DNA of 63,327 bases, the filler included. It is 4 parts of 4 records of this genome, joined end to end, with 100 filler letters (N's around TTAATTAATTAA, not from the genome) between each part and the next. Parts side by side here need not be neighbours in the genome. Positions count along the whole stretch, not along the records: positions 41,140 to 57,534 come from DRR378314_358; positions 57,635 to 63,327 come from DRR378314_435; 2 more parts are not named here. The stretch is one strand, 5' to 3'. Position 1 is the first letter of the stretch; each line of letters starts with the position of its first letter. The notes below the pieces were generated by a model that was not told the DNA's origin, did no database searches, and saw nothing but the letters and a program-made list of their open reading frames with translations. The translations under genes and the position numbers were made by a program. Of the stretch, positions 49,765 through 58,478 are shown one piece after another.

Positions 49765-51414
49765 ATGACAATCCAGTCTGACGCCCCGACACACGCCGCC
49801 TCGGACATCACATCCGCCGGGCTGGACAGTCCCGAGGCCCCGCAGCCCGATGCACACGGCGAGGACTGGGGCCCCTATGGCCGACCGCTGTTTGACGACC
49901 CGGACGCGCGCGCACTAAAGCGAGTCGGCGTGGTCGATGTGGGCTCGAACTCGGTGCGTCTGGTGGTGTTTGACGGCGCCGCCCGCAGCCCGGCCTATTT
50001 CTACAATGAAAAGATCATGTGCGGCCTCGGCGCCGGCCTGTCGGAAACCGGCAAGTTGAACCCGAAGGGCCGCGCCCGCGCGCTGGCGGCGCTGCAGCGC
50101 TTTCAGATGCTGGCGGACGGGCTGCTGCCCTACCCGCTCACCGTGGTGGCCACCGCAGCGGTGCGCGACGCCAGCGACGGGCCGGAATTCTGCGCCGAAG
50201 TGGAGGCCGCCACCGGCCTGCGCATCCGGGTCATCACCGGCGCCGAAGAGGCACGGCTGTCGGCACAGGGCGTGCTCCTGGGCTGGCCCGGCGCCTATGG
50301 TCTGATCTGCGACATCGGCGGCTCCTCGATGGAGCTGGCGGAGATCCATGACGGCGAGGTCGGCAAATGCGTGACCTCCAACCTCGGCCCGCTGAAACTC
50401 AAGGACATCACCGGCGGACGGCGGGGGCGCAAGAAGCACATCGACGAGGTGATGGCGGGGCTGCGCGACCAGATGGGCGCCCAGCGGGACCGGCTGTTCC
50501 TGGTCGGTGGCAGCTGGCGTGCCATTGCCCGCGTCGACATGCTGCGGCGCAACTACCCGCTGACGGTGCAGCACGAATACCGCATGACCGCCAAGGACGT
50601 GCGCGAAACGGCGAAATTCATCGACAAGAACGACCTCGACAAGATCCGCAGCGACTGCGGCATTTCCTCGGCGCGGATGGCGCTGGTGCCTTATGCGGTG
50701 GATGTGCTGGCCCGGCTGATCAAGACCTTCCGCCCCAAGGACATCGCGATTTCGAGCTATGGTATCCGCGAGGGGCTGCTGTACGAACAGATGCCCGACC
50801 GGCTGCGCCAGCGCGACCCGCTGATCGAGGCGGCGCGCTTTGCCGAGGCCAAGGACGCGCGGGTTCCGGGCTTTGGCAAGACGCTCTATACCTTTGTGAA
50901 ACCCCTGTTTTCCGGCGCGCCCTATGCCAAGATGCGGCTGGTGAAGGCGGCCTGCGTACTGCATGACGTCAGCTGGCGCGCACACCCCGATTACCGCGCC
51001 GAGGTCTGTTTCGACAACGCCACCCGCGCCAATCTGGGCGGGCTGAAGCATTCCGAACGGATCTTCCTCGGCATGGCGCTGCTGCATCGCTATCGCAACA
51101 AGCGCCAGGGTACTCATTTCGAACATCTCTATGATCTGCTGGCTCCGGAAAAGCAGAAAGAAGCCGAGATCCTCGGCAAGGCCATGCGCTTTGGCGCCAT
51201 GCTGATGGTGGGCGAGGATCAGGACATCGGCAGCCTGCGCTGGCAGCCGCGCAAACGCTTCCTGCATGTGGAATTGCCCGCCGCCAGCGCGCCGCTCTTT
51301 GGCGAGGTGGCGCAATCGCGGCTGATGTCGCTGGTCAATGCACTGGAGGCTGAGGTGCGCGTCACTGTGGAAGGCAAGCGCGGCGCGCTGCTGCAAAAGG
51401 ACTCACGGGAGTAG
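49765..51414 (+). CDS. ppx: Ppx/GppA family exopolyphosphatase
   Basis: VDVGSNSVRLVV, ATAAVRDA, EEARL, DIGGSSMEL, GIREG, C-terminal LHD...HPDYR. Confidence 0.92.
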   Translation: MTIQSDAPTHAASDITSAGLDSPEAPQPDAHGEDWGPYGRPLFDDPDARALKRVGVVDVGSNSVRLVVFDGAARSPAYFYNEKIMCGLGAGLSETGKLNPKGRARALAALQRFQMLADGLLPYPLTVVATAAVRDASDGPEFCAEVEAATGLRIRVITGAEEARLSAQGVLLGWPGAYGLICDIGGSSMELAEIHDGEVGKCVTSNLGPLKLKDITGGRRGRKKHIDEVMAGLRDQMGAQRDRLFLVGGSWRAIARVDMLRRNYPLTVQHEYRMTAKDVRETAKFIDKNDLDKIRSDCGISSARMALVPYAVDVLARLIKTFRPKDIAISSYGIREGLLYEQMPDRLRQRDPLIEAARFAEAKDARVPGFGKTLYTFVKPLFSGAPYAKMRLVKAACVLHDVSWRAHPDYRAEVCFDNATRANLGGLKHSERIFLGMALLHRYRNKRQGTHFEHLYDLLAPEKQKEAEILGKAMRFGAMLMVGEDQDIGSLRWQPRKRFLHVELPAASAPLFGEVAQSRLMSLVNALEAEVRVTVEGKRGALLQKDSRE

Positions 51415-51505
51415 TCAAGCTCCCCGGACCAGGTCCCTTGCGATTGGGCATCTTCGGATGTGGCGGCAGTTCAGCGCCCCCCCGACATACCAATTGCGCG
51501 CACCA

Positions 51506-51946
51506 TCACGAGGCGGTGCCGCCCGCGTGCGGGTCGTCCCGTCCCGGCTCATTCGGATCGCAGGAGAAAATGGCGATCTTGTTGCCTTGCGGGTCGCGCA
51601 GGTAGCCGACATAGAAGTGAGCCCCGTAAGAGGCGCGAAAGCCCGGCTGGCCCGCGGTGCCACCACCCGCAAGACATGCGGCGGCGTGAAGCTCACGGAC
51701 CTGCTGTTGAGTACGCGCCTCGAATGCGACCATGCAGCCATTTCCGGCCGAGGCCGGATGCCCGTCGAATGTTGGTTTCACGTAGAAATCCGGCAAGATC
51801 GCAGTCTGCCCCGGCGCCACGGGCAACGCGTAGCTCAGCCCGTCGGCGCCCTCCTTCAGCGCATAGCCCAGTGCCGGCAGAAACGCCGTATAAAACCGTT
51901 TTGCGCGTGCGATGTCATCCGCACCGACTGTAACATAGGCAATCAT
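51506..51946 (-). CDS. VOC (glyoxalase/bleomycin resistance) family protein
   Basis: YVTVG.DD...A..FY, GNG.MVAF, PG.R..Y...FY..YLRDP.GNKI. Confidence 0.88.
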   Translation of the reverse strand: MIAYVTVGADDIARAKRFYTAFLPALGYALKEGADGLSYALPVAPGQTAILPDFYVKPTFDGHPASAGNGCMVAFEARTQQQVRELHAAACLAGGGTAGQPGFRASYGAHFYVGYLRDPQGNKIAIFSCDPNEPGRDDPHAGGTAS

Positions 51947-52075
51947 GTCTGGAGTCTCGTTCCCCGTGATAGTTCGTTCTGACGCGTCGATTGCGCTGCG
52001 ATGGGCGATCAGTTCGTTCGCCTCTCGCGACGCCTCACCTCGCGCCCCGGTTGGTCGACGTATTGGGATGCGCCC

Positions 52076-52489
52076 TTACAATTCGATACTGCCGTCCTCA
52101 TCCGCCTTTGGCGCCTCCCCCTCCGGCAGCGGCTCCTTGCGACGGATGATGATGTCGCCGTTGGGCAGGATCTCCGGCATCTCGTAAACGCTCCAGTCCT
52201 CCACCTGATCGGCAATCTCCGCCAGCGCCGGACCCATCTCGGTCAGGAAACTGCGCATGGAGGGGCCGATTTCGGCAAAGAGACGCGCGGCCTCCTCCAG
52301 GGTTGGCTCCATCTCGCGGCGCAGCCCCTCGAAGAACAGCTCCGCCCCGCGCTCCATCAGCGACGGCGCGCCATCGCTGTCGGGGGTGGTTTGGTCCTGC
52401 GCGAGCACCGGCAGTGCGGGAAACATCAGCGCCAACCCCAGAACGCGGGGCAGTCGGCGCAGCGAAGAGAACGAGAGAGCATGTGTCAT
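52076..52489 (-). CDS. Exported hypothetical protein
   Basis: Signal peptide ending VLA-Q; SLMERGAELFFEGL and YEMPEILPNGDIIIRRK. Confidence 0.75.
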   Translation of the reverse strand: MTHALSFSSLRRLPRVLGLALMFPALPVLAQDQTTPDSDGAPSLMERGAELFFEGLRREMEPTLEEAARLFAEIGPSMRSFLTEMGPALAEIADQVEDWSVYEMPEILPNGDIIIRRKEPLPEGEAPKADEDGSIEL

Positions 52490-52540
52490 ACCCGAAGTAT
52501 AGCGCGCCTGTGTAACAGGTATAGAGGTCGCGTGGACCGG

Positions 52541-52762
52541 CTACGCCCGCCACATCGGTTTGGCAATCTCTTGCCGCACCTCAGATCGGGTCCATCCGGC
52601 GTCGATCAACACGCAGTCCGGTGCGCAGAGCAGTTCGCGCTGCAACAGCTTGCGCAACCGGCGACGGGCAAACCAGCGTTGCGGCCACCGCTGACCCTGG
52701 GGCGCCGGTGCGGGTGACAAACTCTTGCGATGCGCCGAGAGGACCATAACTTCAGCAGACAT
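52541..52762 (-). CDS. Small Arg-rich DUF1127-like protein
   Basis: RRLR...LL.APD.VLIDAG.TR.EV..E..KPMWR; AAAGGAG RBS before ATG 52762. Confidence 0.65.
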   Translation of the reverse strand: MSAEVMVLSAHRKSLSPAPAPQGQRWPQRWFARRRLRKLLQRELLCAPDCVLIDAGWTRSEVRQEIAKPMWRA

Positions 52763-52857
52763 GACTGCGCTCCTTTGTTCCAATGGCGCCAGAATAAGTG
52801 TATTAACGGCCTTGAAAATTGAGTTTTACTCTCTCCATCTAGTCCATTTTGGAACAT

Positions 52858-53805
52858 ATGATGCGTCACCTCCCACCATTGTCAGCCCTGCCCGCGTTTG
52901 AGGCCACCGCACGGCTGGGCTCTGTCACCGCCGCCGCAGAGGAGCTGGGCCGCACCCATAGCGCCATCAGCAAGCAACTGCGCCACCTCGGCGATGACCT
53001 CGGGGGCACCTTGTTCGAGAAAGTGGGAACCGGGCTCCGGCTGACAGCGCGCGGCCAGCGGTTGCAGGATGAACTGCGGCCGATGCTGGACCGGCTCGAT
53101 CAGGTGGCGGAACAACTGAGACGCCAACAGGACCAGTGCCGGGTGCGGCTGGCAGTCAGCGCCACATTTGCCACCCGCTGGCTGACCCCACGTTTGCCAC
53201 AGTTCTACCGCAGGCACCCGGATGTGGAGATCGATCTGCTGATGTCCGGACCAAACCGGGAGATGCGTGAAAACTTCGACGTGATCCTCAGCTACGATCG
53301 CCTGCGCGGTCCGATTCGCATGCACCAGACCGCAGTGATCCTTGGCGACACCTCCTACGGACCGGTCTGCGCGCCGGATTATCCGCTGACGCAGGTGGCC
53401 AGCCACTGGCAGACGGATTTACGACTGATCCACGCCGGAGCCCCGCAGTCCTGGGAGGCCTGGGGGCATCTCAGTGGCACCGCCCTGCATGCCACGCGGG
53501 AGACGTCCTATCCGCATCACATCCTGGCACTCGAAGCCGCCGCGGCGGGGCTTGGCGTGTCAATCGCTGAACGGCGTCTGGTAGAGGAGGATCTGGCATC
53601 CGGGCGTCTAGTGGCGCCGATGGGATTTTCCACCGTGGCTGAGGGGTTGCAAGCTTTTGTCACCCCAACCGGAGAGGCGAGTGGCGAACAGAAACACGCG
53701 GTGCGTGCGGTACTGGACTGGCTGCGCGACTGCGCATCAGACGAAGCGGCGCAGGCCCTCGCAGTCACCGGCCCGACGGACGGGTCAGATCCAGATCCAA
53801 CGTGA
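52858..53805 (+). CDS. LysR-family regulator (GcvA-like)
   Basis: LPPLSAL.AFEATARLGS.T.AA.EL..T.SAISKQ; FATRWL.PRL..F...HP. Confidence 0.92.
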   Translation: MMRHLPPLSALPAFEATARLGSVTAAAEELGRTHSAISKQLRHLGDDLGGTLFEKVGTGLRLTARGQRLQDELRPMLDRLDQVAEQLRRQQDQCRVRLAVSATFATRWLTPRLPQFYRRHPDVEIDLLMSGPNREMRENFDVILSYDRLRGPIRMHQTAVILGDTSYGPVCAPDYPLTQVASHWQTDLRLIHAGAPQSWEAWGHLSGTALHATRETSYPHHILALEAAAAGLGVSIAERRLVEEDLASGRLVAPMGFSTVAEGLQAFVTPTGEASGEQKHAVRAVLDWLRDCASDEAAQALAVTGPTDGSDPDPT

Positions 53806-54775
53806 CGGGAAAGTGGTCCGACGCCGCAAGCAATGCCTGACACAGCGCCGGCGTGCCATAGCAGTTCGCGTCTTCAAACGGGTGCCAGATCCGCCATTGC
53901 GGATCAAACGCCATCAGCTCTGGCGATACCATCGCATAATCCAGAAGTGCCTGAAAATAGCGCTTGTCCAGATGGTTATAGAAACGGGCTGATGTAGGGA
54001 GCCCCTGCCGATTGGGCCGCAGTAACTGGCGGGCATGGGGGTCCACCAGCTCGGCCCCCATGATGATTTCCACCGAAGAGCGGCCAAACAGAGCCTCGTA
54101 GACATCCAAGCCGGGACCATCGTTAAGATCGCCCATCAGCACCAGCGGCACAGCTGCCTGCAGATGATCCTCGATCCGCGCCCGCAGCCAGACTGCCTGT
54201 GCCAGCTGCTTGCGCCGGTTGGTGATGGAAATCGCGCGGGCATCCTCGGGCGTCCGTGCGCCATGCGGAGCCTTGGATTTCAGATGCGCGCCGATCAGGC
54301 GAAAGGGCAGGCCTGCGCGCGGGGTGATCTGCAGCTCCATCGGCGGTTTGGAAAAGCGCACCAGATCCGCCCTCGCATCCACATCGAGGTCGATCTCAAA
54401 ACTGCCGTCAAAGCGCGGCGCCTGGGGCGAGGAGACTGGTGCATGGACCGCCTCCAGCACCGTTGCATCATAGAGGAAGGCGATCTCCTGCTGGGTGTCA
54501 TTGGCAAAGCCCATCACCACGTCACGGGTGCGCAGCCCGGCCCAATTGGCAAAATTCTCCAACGCCCGCAGTGTGTTCTGGTGCTTTCCGCTATTGGGGG
54601 CCTCCACCACGACGATGCCATCCGCATTGATCGCTCGCAGCACAGATGCAATCGCGTCGGCCTGCGTCCTGCGGCTGATGCCGTGCCGTCCCGATGGCCC
54701 CTCATCAAGCCGCAGCCCGTCCGCGTCATCAAAGAGGTTGGCGAACCATTCGATGTTATACGTGCTCAGGCGCAT
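53765..54775 (-). CDS. Endonuclease/exonuclease/phosphatase family protein
   Basis: TYNIEW, VVEAP, HLKSK, MGDLND, LDY, SDHFP. Confidence 0.88.
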   Translation of the reverse strand: MRLSTYNIEWFANLFDDADGLRLDEGPSGRHGISRRTQADAIASVLRAINADGIVVVEAPNSGKHQNTLRALENFANWAGLRTRDVVMGFANDTQQEIAFLYDATVLEAVHAPVSSPQAPRFDGSFEIDLDVDARADLVRFSKPPMELQITPRAGLPFRLIGAHLKSKAPHGARTPEDARAISITNRRKQLAQAVWLRARIEDHLQAAVPLVLMGDLNDGPGLDVYEALFGRSSVEIIMGAELVDPHARQLLRPNRQGLPTSARFYNHLDKRYFQALLDYAMVSPELMAFDPQWRIWHPFEDANCYGTPALCQALLAASDHFPVTLDLDLTRPSGR

Positions 54776-55463
54776 GATCTCGGGCCTGCGCAGTGCCGCT
54801 TATATCGTCCCAGGCGCGGTTGATATCGGCCATGCGTTTCTCTGCCAGTCGGATCGCCTCGGGCGGGACACCGCGGGCGATCATCGCATCCGGATGATTG
54901 TCACGCACCAGCCGTCGCCAGATGCGCCGGATCTCCTCCAGCGGTGTGCCGGGCTGCACGCCAAGCACATCATGGGGATCACGCGGCGCACCCTCGACAA
55001 ACCGCGCCCGCAATGACCGGAACTGCGCGTCAGACTGTCCGAAGATCCGACTCACATCCTCAAGAAACGCATTTTCATTCGGGTGATAAAAGCCATCGGC
55101 AATGGCGATATGAAACAAGCCCTCCATCAAATCGCAGAGGGTTCCAGGGTCATCGGCAAACATCGCCCCGATGCGGCGGGCATAATCATCGTAGCCTGCG
55201 ATGTCCTGTCGCGCGAGGTTGAACACCCGCGCGGCCTGCACCTCATCCTCGGCTGCGATCTGGAACACATCCCGAAACGCGGCAACCTCGTCGCGGGTCA
55301 CCTGCCCGTCGGCCTTGGCCATCTTTGCCCCCAAGGCAATCACCGCAATGGTAAAGGCCACCGAGCGTTCCGGCGGCGTGCGCAAGCGGTCGAAAACCTG
55401 GCTCAGGCTTTCGCCATTGGCGAGCGCGGAGAGCGCTTCGGTTATGCGAGTCCAAAGTGACAT
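54756..55463 (-). CDS. DjlA-like co-chaperone (TerB + J domain)
   Basis: AKMAKADG.V..DE, IAIADG; DP..VLG...NHPD J domain. Confidence 0.88.
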   Translation of the reverse strand: MSLWTRITEALSALANGESLSQVFDRLRTPPERSVAFTIAVIALGAKMAKADGQVTRDEVAAFRDVFQIAAEDEVQAARVFNLARQDIAGYDDYARRIGAMFADDPGTLCDLMEGLFHIAIADGFYHPNENAFLEDVSRIFGQSDAQFRSLRARFVEGAPRDPHDVLGVQPGTPLEEIRRIWRRLVRDNHPDAMIARGVPPEAIRLAEKRMADINRAWDDISGTAQARDHAPEHV

Positions 55464-55593
55464 GAGGACAGTTTACCTGCGAAAGGCGCCGGTGTCAGGC
55501 GGGGCATGTCCCTCCTCACGGAGAATTTTCCACGATCACACAGGGTCGCACATGAACGCGCCGTTGGCTCGGCGGCCCGTCAGCGCACAACCG

Positions 55594-56205
55594 TCATGCA
55601 AGTGTTCGCACCCCATGCGGTGTGTCGATCTCGGCGCGGATGCCAGCCGGTCCCGCCTCAAACACGACACGCGCATCTCGGAGCGCCAGCATGGCACGCA
55701 GCCTGTCCGCCTCCGGGTGGCAGATTATCAGGCGCCGGAGGCCGCAGCCCTGCTGGGTCAGCCGGGTGGCCGGATGCGGCCCCCGCCATTGCATCAACGC
55801 AGGACAGCAATTGTCAAAGGGCAGGATCCCGGTTTCGGGTACCGCCATCTGCCAGCTGAGATCGCCGCGTGTCAGCGACACCGGTTGACCGGCATCCACC
55901 TCCTGCGCGGCCAACATGGCCAGCGTGCCGTCCAGATCATCGCAGCGGCAGATCCAGTTGCCGATCCGAGGCGGACCACTAAACCGGTCAAGGTCGAACC
56001 AGCGTGGGCTGCGCTCTGGCGTGGCACCGGGGTCAATGGCGATCGCCTCCAGATACAGCCCGCCCTCAAGGCCAAGCAACGCGTTATGGGTACCAAACAC
56101 CTGATGCTGCCCACCGGGCTGCAGCGGCACACCAAGCGCCTGCTCCACATGCGCGGTGGCCTCCTCAAGCGTGTCCCCGGCAACGGCGAAGTGATCAAGT
56201 TCCAT
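55594..56205 (-). CDS. VOC family protein (glyoxalase-like)
   Basis: LDH...GG.H..FGTHN.L..L....YLE.IAIDP, RG.L.W, P.L.QW. Confidence 0.88.
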   Translation of the reverse strand: MELDHFAVAGDTLEEATAHVEQALGVPLQPGGQHQVFGTHNALLGLEGGLYLEAIAIDPGATPERSPRWFDLDRFSGPPRIGNWICRCDDLDGTLAMLAAQEVDAGQPVSLTRGDLSWQMAVPETGILPFDNCCPALMQWRGPHPATRLTQQGCGLRRLIICHPEADRLRAMLALRDARVVFEAGPAGIRAEIDTPHGVRTLA

Positions 56206-56355
56206 ATGCGTATCCTTTGGCAGAAGCGCGTGTTGCGCTCAGTCATTTACCCAAGCTTTCCGGGCTGTTGCATAGCGTAACGCCCCAGCCTCAGAAGAAA
56301 ACCCCATGCCTGCGGTGGCTGTGTCCAGAGGGTCGAAACATCGGGGCATATCTGC

Positions 56356-56386
56356 TTGATCTCAAGTTAACTTGAGCAATTACAGT
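56356..56386 (+). promoter_or_regulatory. SoxR-type promoter (MerR geometry) with perfect SoxR box
   Basis: -35 TTGATC (56356-56361), 19-bp spacer, -10 TACAGT (56381-56386); palindrome CTCAAGTTAACTTGAG at 56361-56376. Confidence 0.85.
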
Positions 56387-56430
56387 GCGAGTCGCGGGGC
56401 ATTCCCCACCAGACAACCCGGAGACAGAAC

Positions 56431-56901
56431 ATGCACTCAGACTGGTCCCCCGACGATTTACTTGGCCTGTATGAAACTCACCTGACCGTCCGCGACCTTG
56501 ATCGGGCGCTGGACTTTTACACCACTAAACTGGGCCTGACGCTGGCGCGCCAACTGCCGGAGCGCAAGGTCGCCTTTCTCTGGGTCGGACCGAAGGAGAC
56601 CGGCATGCTGGGGCTTTGGGAGGTCGGCAGCGCACCGATGGGACTGCGGCTGCATTTCGCGTTTCGGGCCACCCGGTCGGCGGTGCTGCACAGCTGCCAG
56701 ACGCTTGCGACACGCGGGATCACGCCGCTGGGGTTCACAGGCGAACCGGTGCAGGAGCCGGTGGTGCTGGGATGGATGCCAGCGGTGTCGATCTATTTCA
56801 AGGATCCGGATGGCCACTCTATCGAGATACTGAATATGCTCGATGAGGCGCCCGATGCGGCATTCGGCGTGCGCAGCTACTCGGACTGGCAGAACCGCTG
56901 A
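56431..56901 (+). CDS. VOC family protein
   Basis: GLYETHLTV.DL.R...FY, HFAF, WMPA.SIYF.DPDGHSIE; GGAG RBS. Confidence 0.88.
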   Translation: MHSDWSPDDLLGLYETHLTVRDLDRALDFYTTKLGLTLARQLPERKVAFLWVGPKETGMLGLWEVGSAPMGLRLHFAFRATRSAVLHSCQTLATRGITPLGFTGEPVQEPVVLGWMPAVSIYFKDPDGHSIEILNMLDEAPDAAFGVRSYSDWQNR

Positions 56902-56937
56902 AGCCATCATCACGGAGCACACGACATCGTGGAAAAC

Positions 56938-57055
56938 GACAGGCGGGCTCCCGCCCGTCCCGGTGGCATGACACATGCCACCACGCCCGTTGGGCGTGGC
57001 GCGTTGCCCCAGATGGGGCAACGCGCGCAGCCGACCCTCATTGAGGGTCGGCTGC
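56938..57055. repeat. Array of five abutting, mutually unrelated palindromes
   Basis: GACAGGCGGG-CT-CCCGCCCGTC; GGTGGCATG-ACA-CATGCCACC; CCACGCCC-GTT-GGGCGTGG; GCGCGTTGCCCCA-GA-TGGGGCAACGCGC; GCAGCCGACCCTCA-T-TGAGGGTCGGCTGC. Confidence 0.9.
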
Positions 57056-57074
57056 CACCGGATAGCTTCAGACC

Positions 57075-57534
57075 TCAGCCACGCGCCGCGCGGATCAGTT
57101 CCAGAATTTCCTGAGCAGCCGTCGGGATATTGGTGCCGGGACCAAAGATCGCCTTGACGCCCACCTTGGTCAGGAAGTCGTAGTCCTGCTGCGGGATCAC
57201 CCCGCCGCAGATCACGATGATATCCTCGGCACCCTGCGCCTTCAGCTCGGCGATCAGCTGCGGCGCCAGCGTCTTGTGCCCTGCCGCCTGGGACGAGATG
57301 CCGATCACATGCACATCGTTGTCGATCGCATCCTGCGCCGCCTCCGCAGGGGTCTGGAACAGCGGCCCGACGTCAACGTCAAAACCGATGTCGGCAAAGG
57401 CGGTGGCGATGACCTTGGCGCCACGATCGTGCCCGTCCTGGCCCATCTTGACCACCAGAAGACGTGGGCGGCGACCCTCTTCTTCGGCGAAGTCCTCGAT
57501 CGACTTCTGGATCGCGGCAAAGCCCTCGTCGCCC
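57075..57534 (-). CDS. scpA: Methylmalonyl-CoA mutase, C-terminal B12-binding domain (5' truncated)
   Basis: [20 protein letters not shown] (DxHxxG), GPLFQTP, SSQAAGH, GGVIP, FGPGT. Confidence 0.92.
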
Positions 57535-57634
57535 NNNNNNNNNNNNNNNNNNNNNNNNNNNNNNNNNNNNNNNNNNNNTTAATTAATTAANNNNNNNNNN
57601 NNNNNNNNNNNNNNNNNNNNNNNNNNNNNNNNNN
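57535..57634. other. Artificial contig spacer
   Basis: N44-TTAATTAATTAA-N44. Confidence 0.98.
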
Positions 57635-57679
57635 TAGCTAACACAGCAAGTGGCCGTTTTTTGTTGTTTGCTTCTCTTC

Positions 57680-58462
57680 CTACCCTGGTGGGTGAATCAG
57701 CCCTATCACGCTGACCAAGATCAGCACGGCTCCCAGTACACGGAAGAACAGCCCGGTGTCTGCTTTTAGCATGTAGCGGTGGGCTTTTTCGCCTAGCAAA
57801 TGGCCGATAAATGCGCAGGGCAGTAGCCATAGTTGATGAATCAGTTGGAGGTCGACGCCGGCGATGATGAACGACGCCATTTTGATCATCACCAGGATAA
57901 ACCACAGCACAAACATGGTGTCGCGCAGTTGCTCTTTGGCGACGTGGGTGGCGAACACCGCGACAATCAGCGGCGCGCCAATCAACGAGGTGCCACTGAC
58001 ATAGCCACCGAGAGCAAGCAGCACGATATCGACGTATTTGTTGTTACTTCTAAACGGTTTATTCAGCACATAGCCAATGGCATAAATGATCACAATGCCG
58101 AAAATAATGTTGGTCATGATCTGAGAGGGCAGCGTTAACAGCCCCACCACCCCGATCAACTTAGGCACGATCATGATTTTCAGGGCTTTGGTTAAATAGC
58201 CCCAGTCGATATTACTTTCCGGCGACTTACCTCCCACACCCGCTTTCTGCACTTGACGATGGCCGTTCCAGGCAATCCAACTGGAAAAAATCAGCAAATG
58301 AATGGCCACAATCGGTAGGAAGACCAGCGGTTCGTTGACCACCAGCAGCAGAAAAGGCAGCGCCAGCACGGCTCCACCAAAACCAAGACTGGTGCGAACA
58401 AAACCGCTCCAAGCAAAAATAAGCCCGATGAGAAGGTACTGGTACCAGAGTAAATCTGTCAT
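57680..58462 (-). CDS. TauE/SafE (TSUP) family permease
   Basis: GFVRTSLGFGG.VL.LP, GGYVSG...IGAP, LR.T; multiple TM helices. Confidence 0.8.
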   Translation of the reverse strand: MTDLLWYQYLLIGLIFAWSGFVRTSLGFGGAVLALPFLLLVVNEPLVFLPIVAIHLLIFSSWIAWNGHRQVQKAGVGGKSPESNIDWGYLTKALKIMIVPKLIGVVGLLTLPSQIMTNIIFGIVIIYAIGYVLNKPFRSNNKYVDIVLLALGGYVSGTSLIGAPLIVAVFATHVAKEQLRDTMFVLWFILVMIKMASFIIAGVDLQLIHQLWLLPCAFIGHLLGEKAHRYMLKADTGLFFRVLGAVLILVSVIGLIHPPG

Positions 58463-58478
58463 TGCGCGTGCATGGCCT

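Noticed and set aside
43548..56280. Long alternative ORFs such as 44235-45041, 46062-47498, 48200-49237, 49915-51396 and 55201-56280
   Set aside because: They overlap recognised genes on the opposite strand; shadow ORFs
56938..57055. tRNA or simple rho-independent terminator
   Set aside because: No enclosing acceptor stem, T-loop or CCA, and no U-tract after any hairpin
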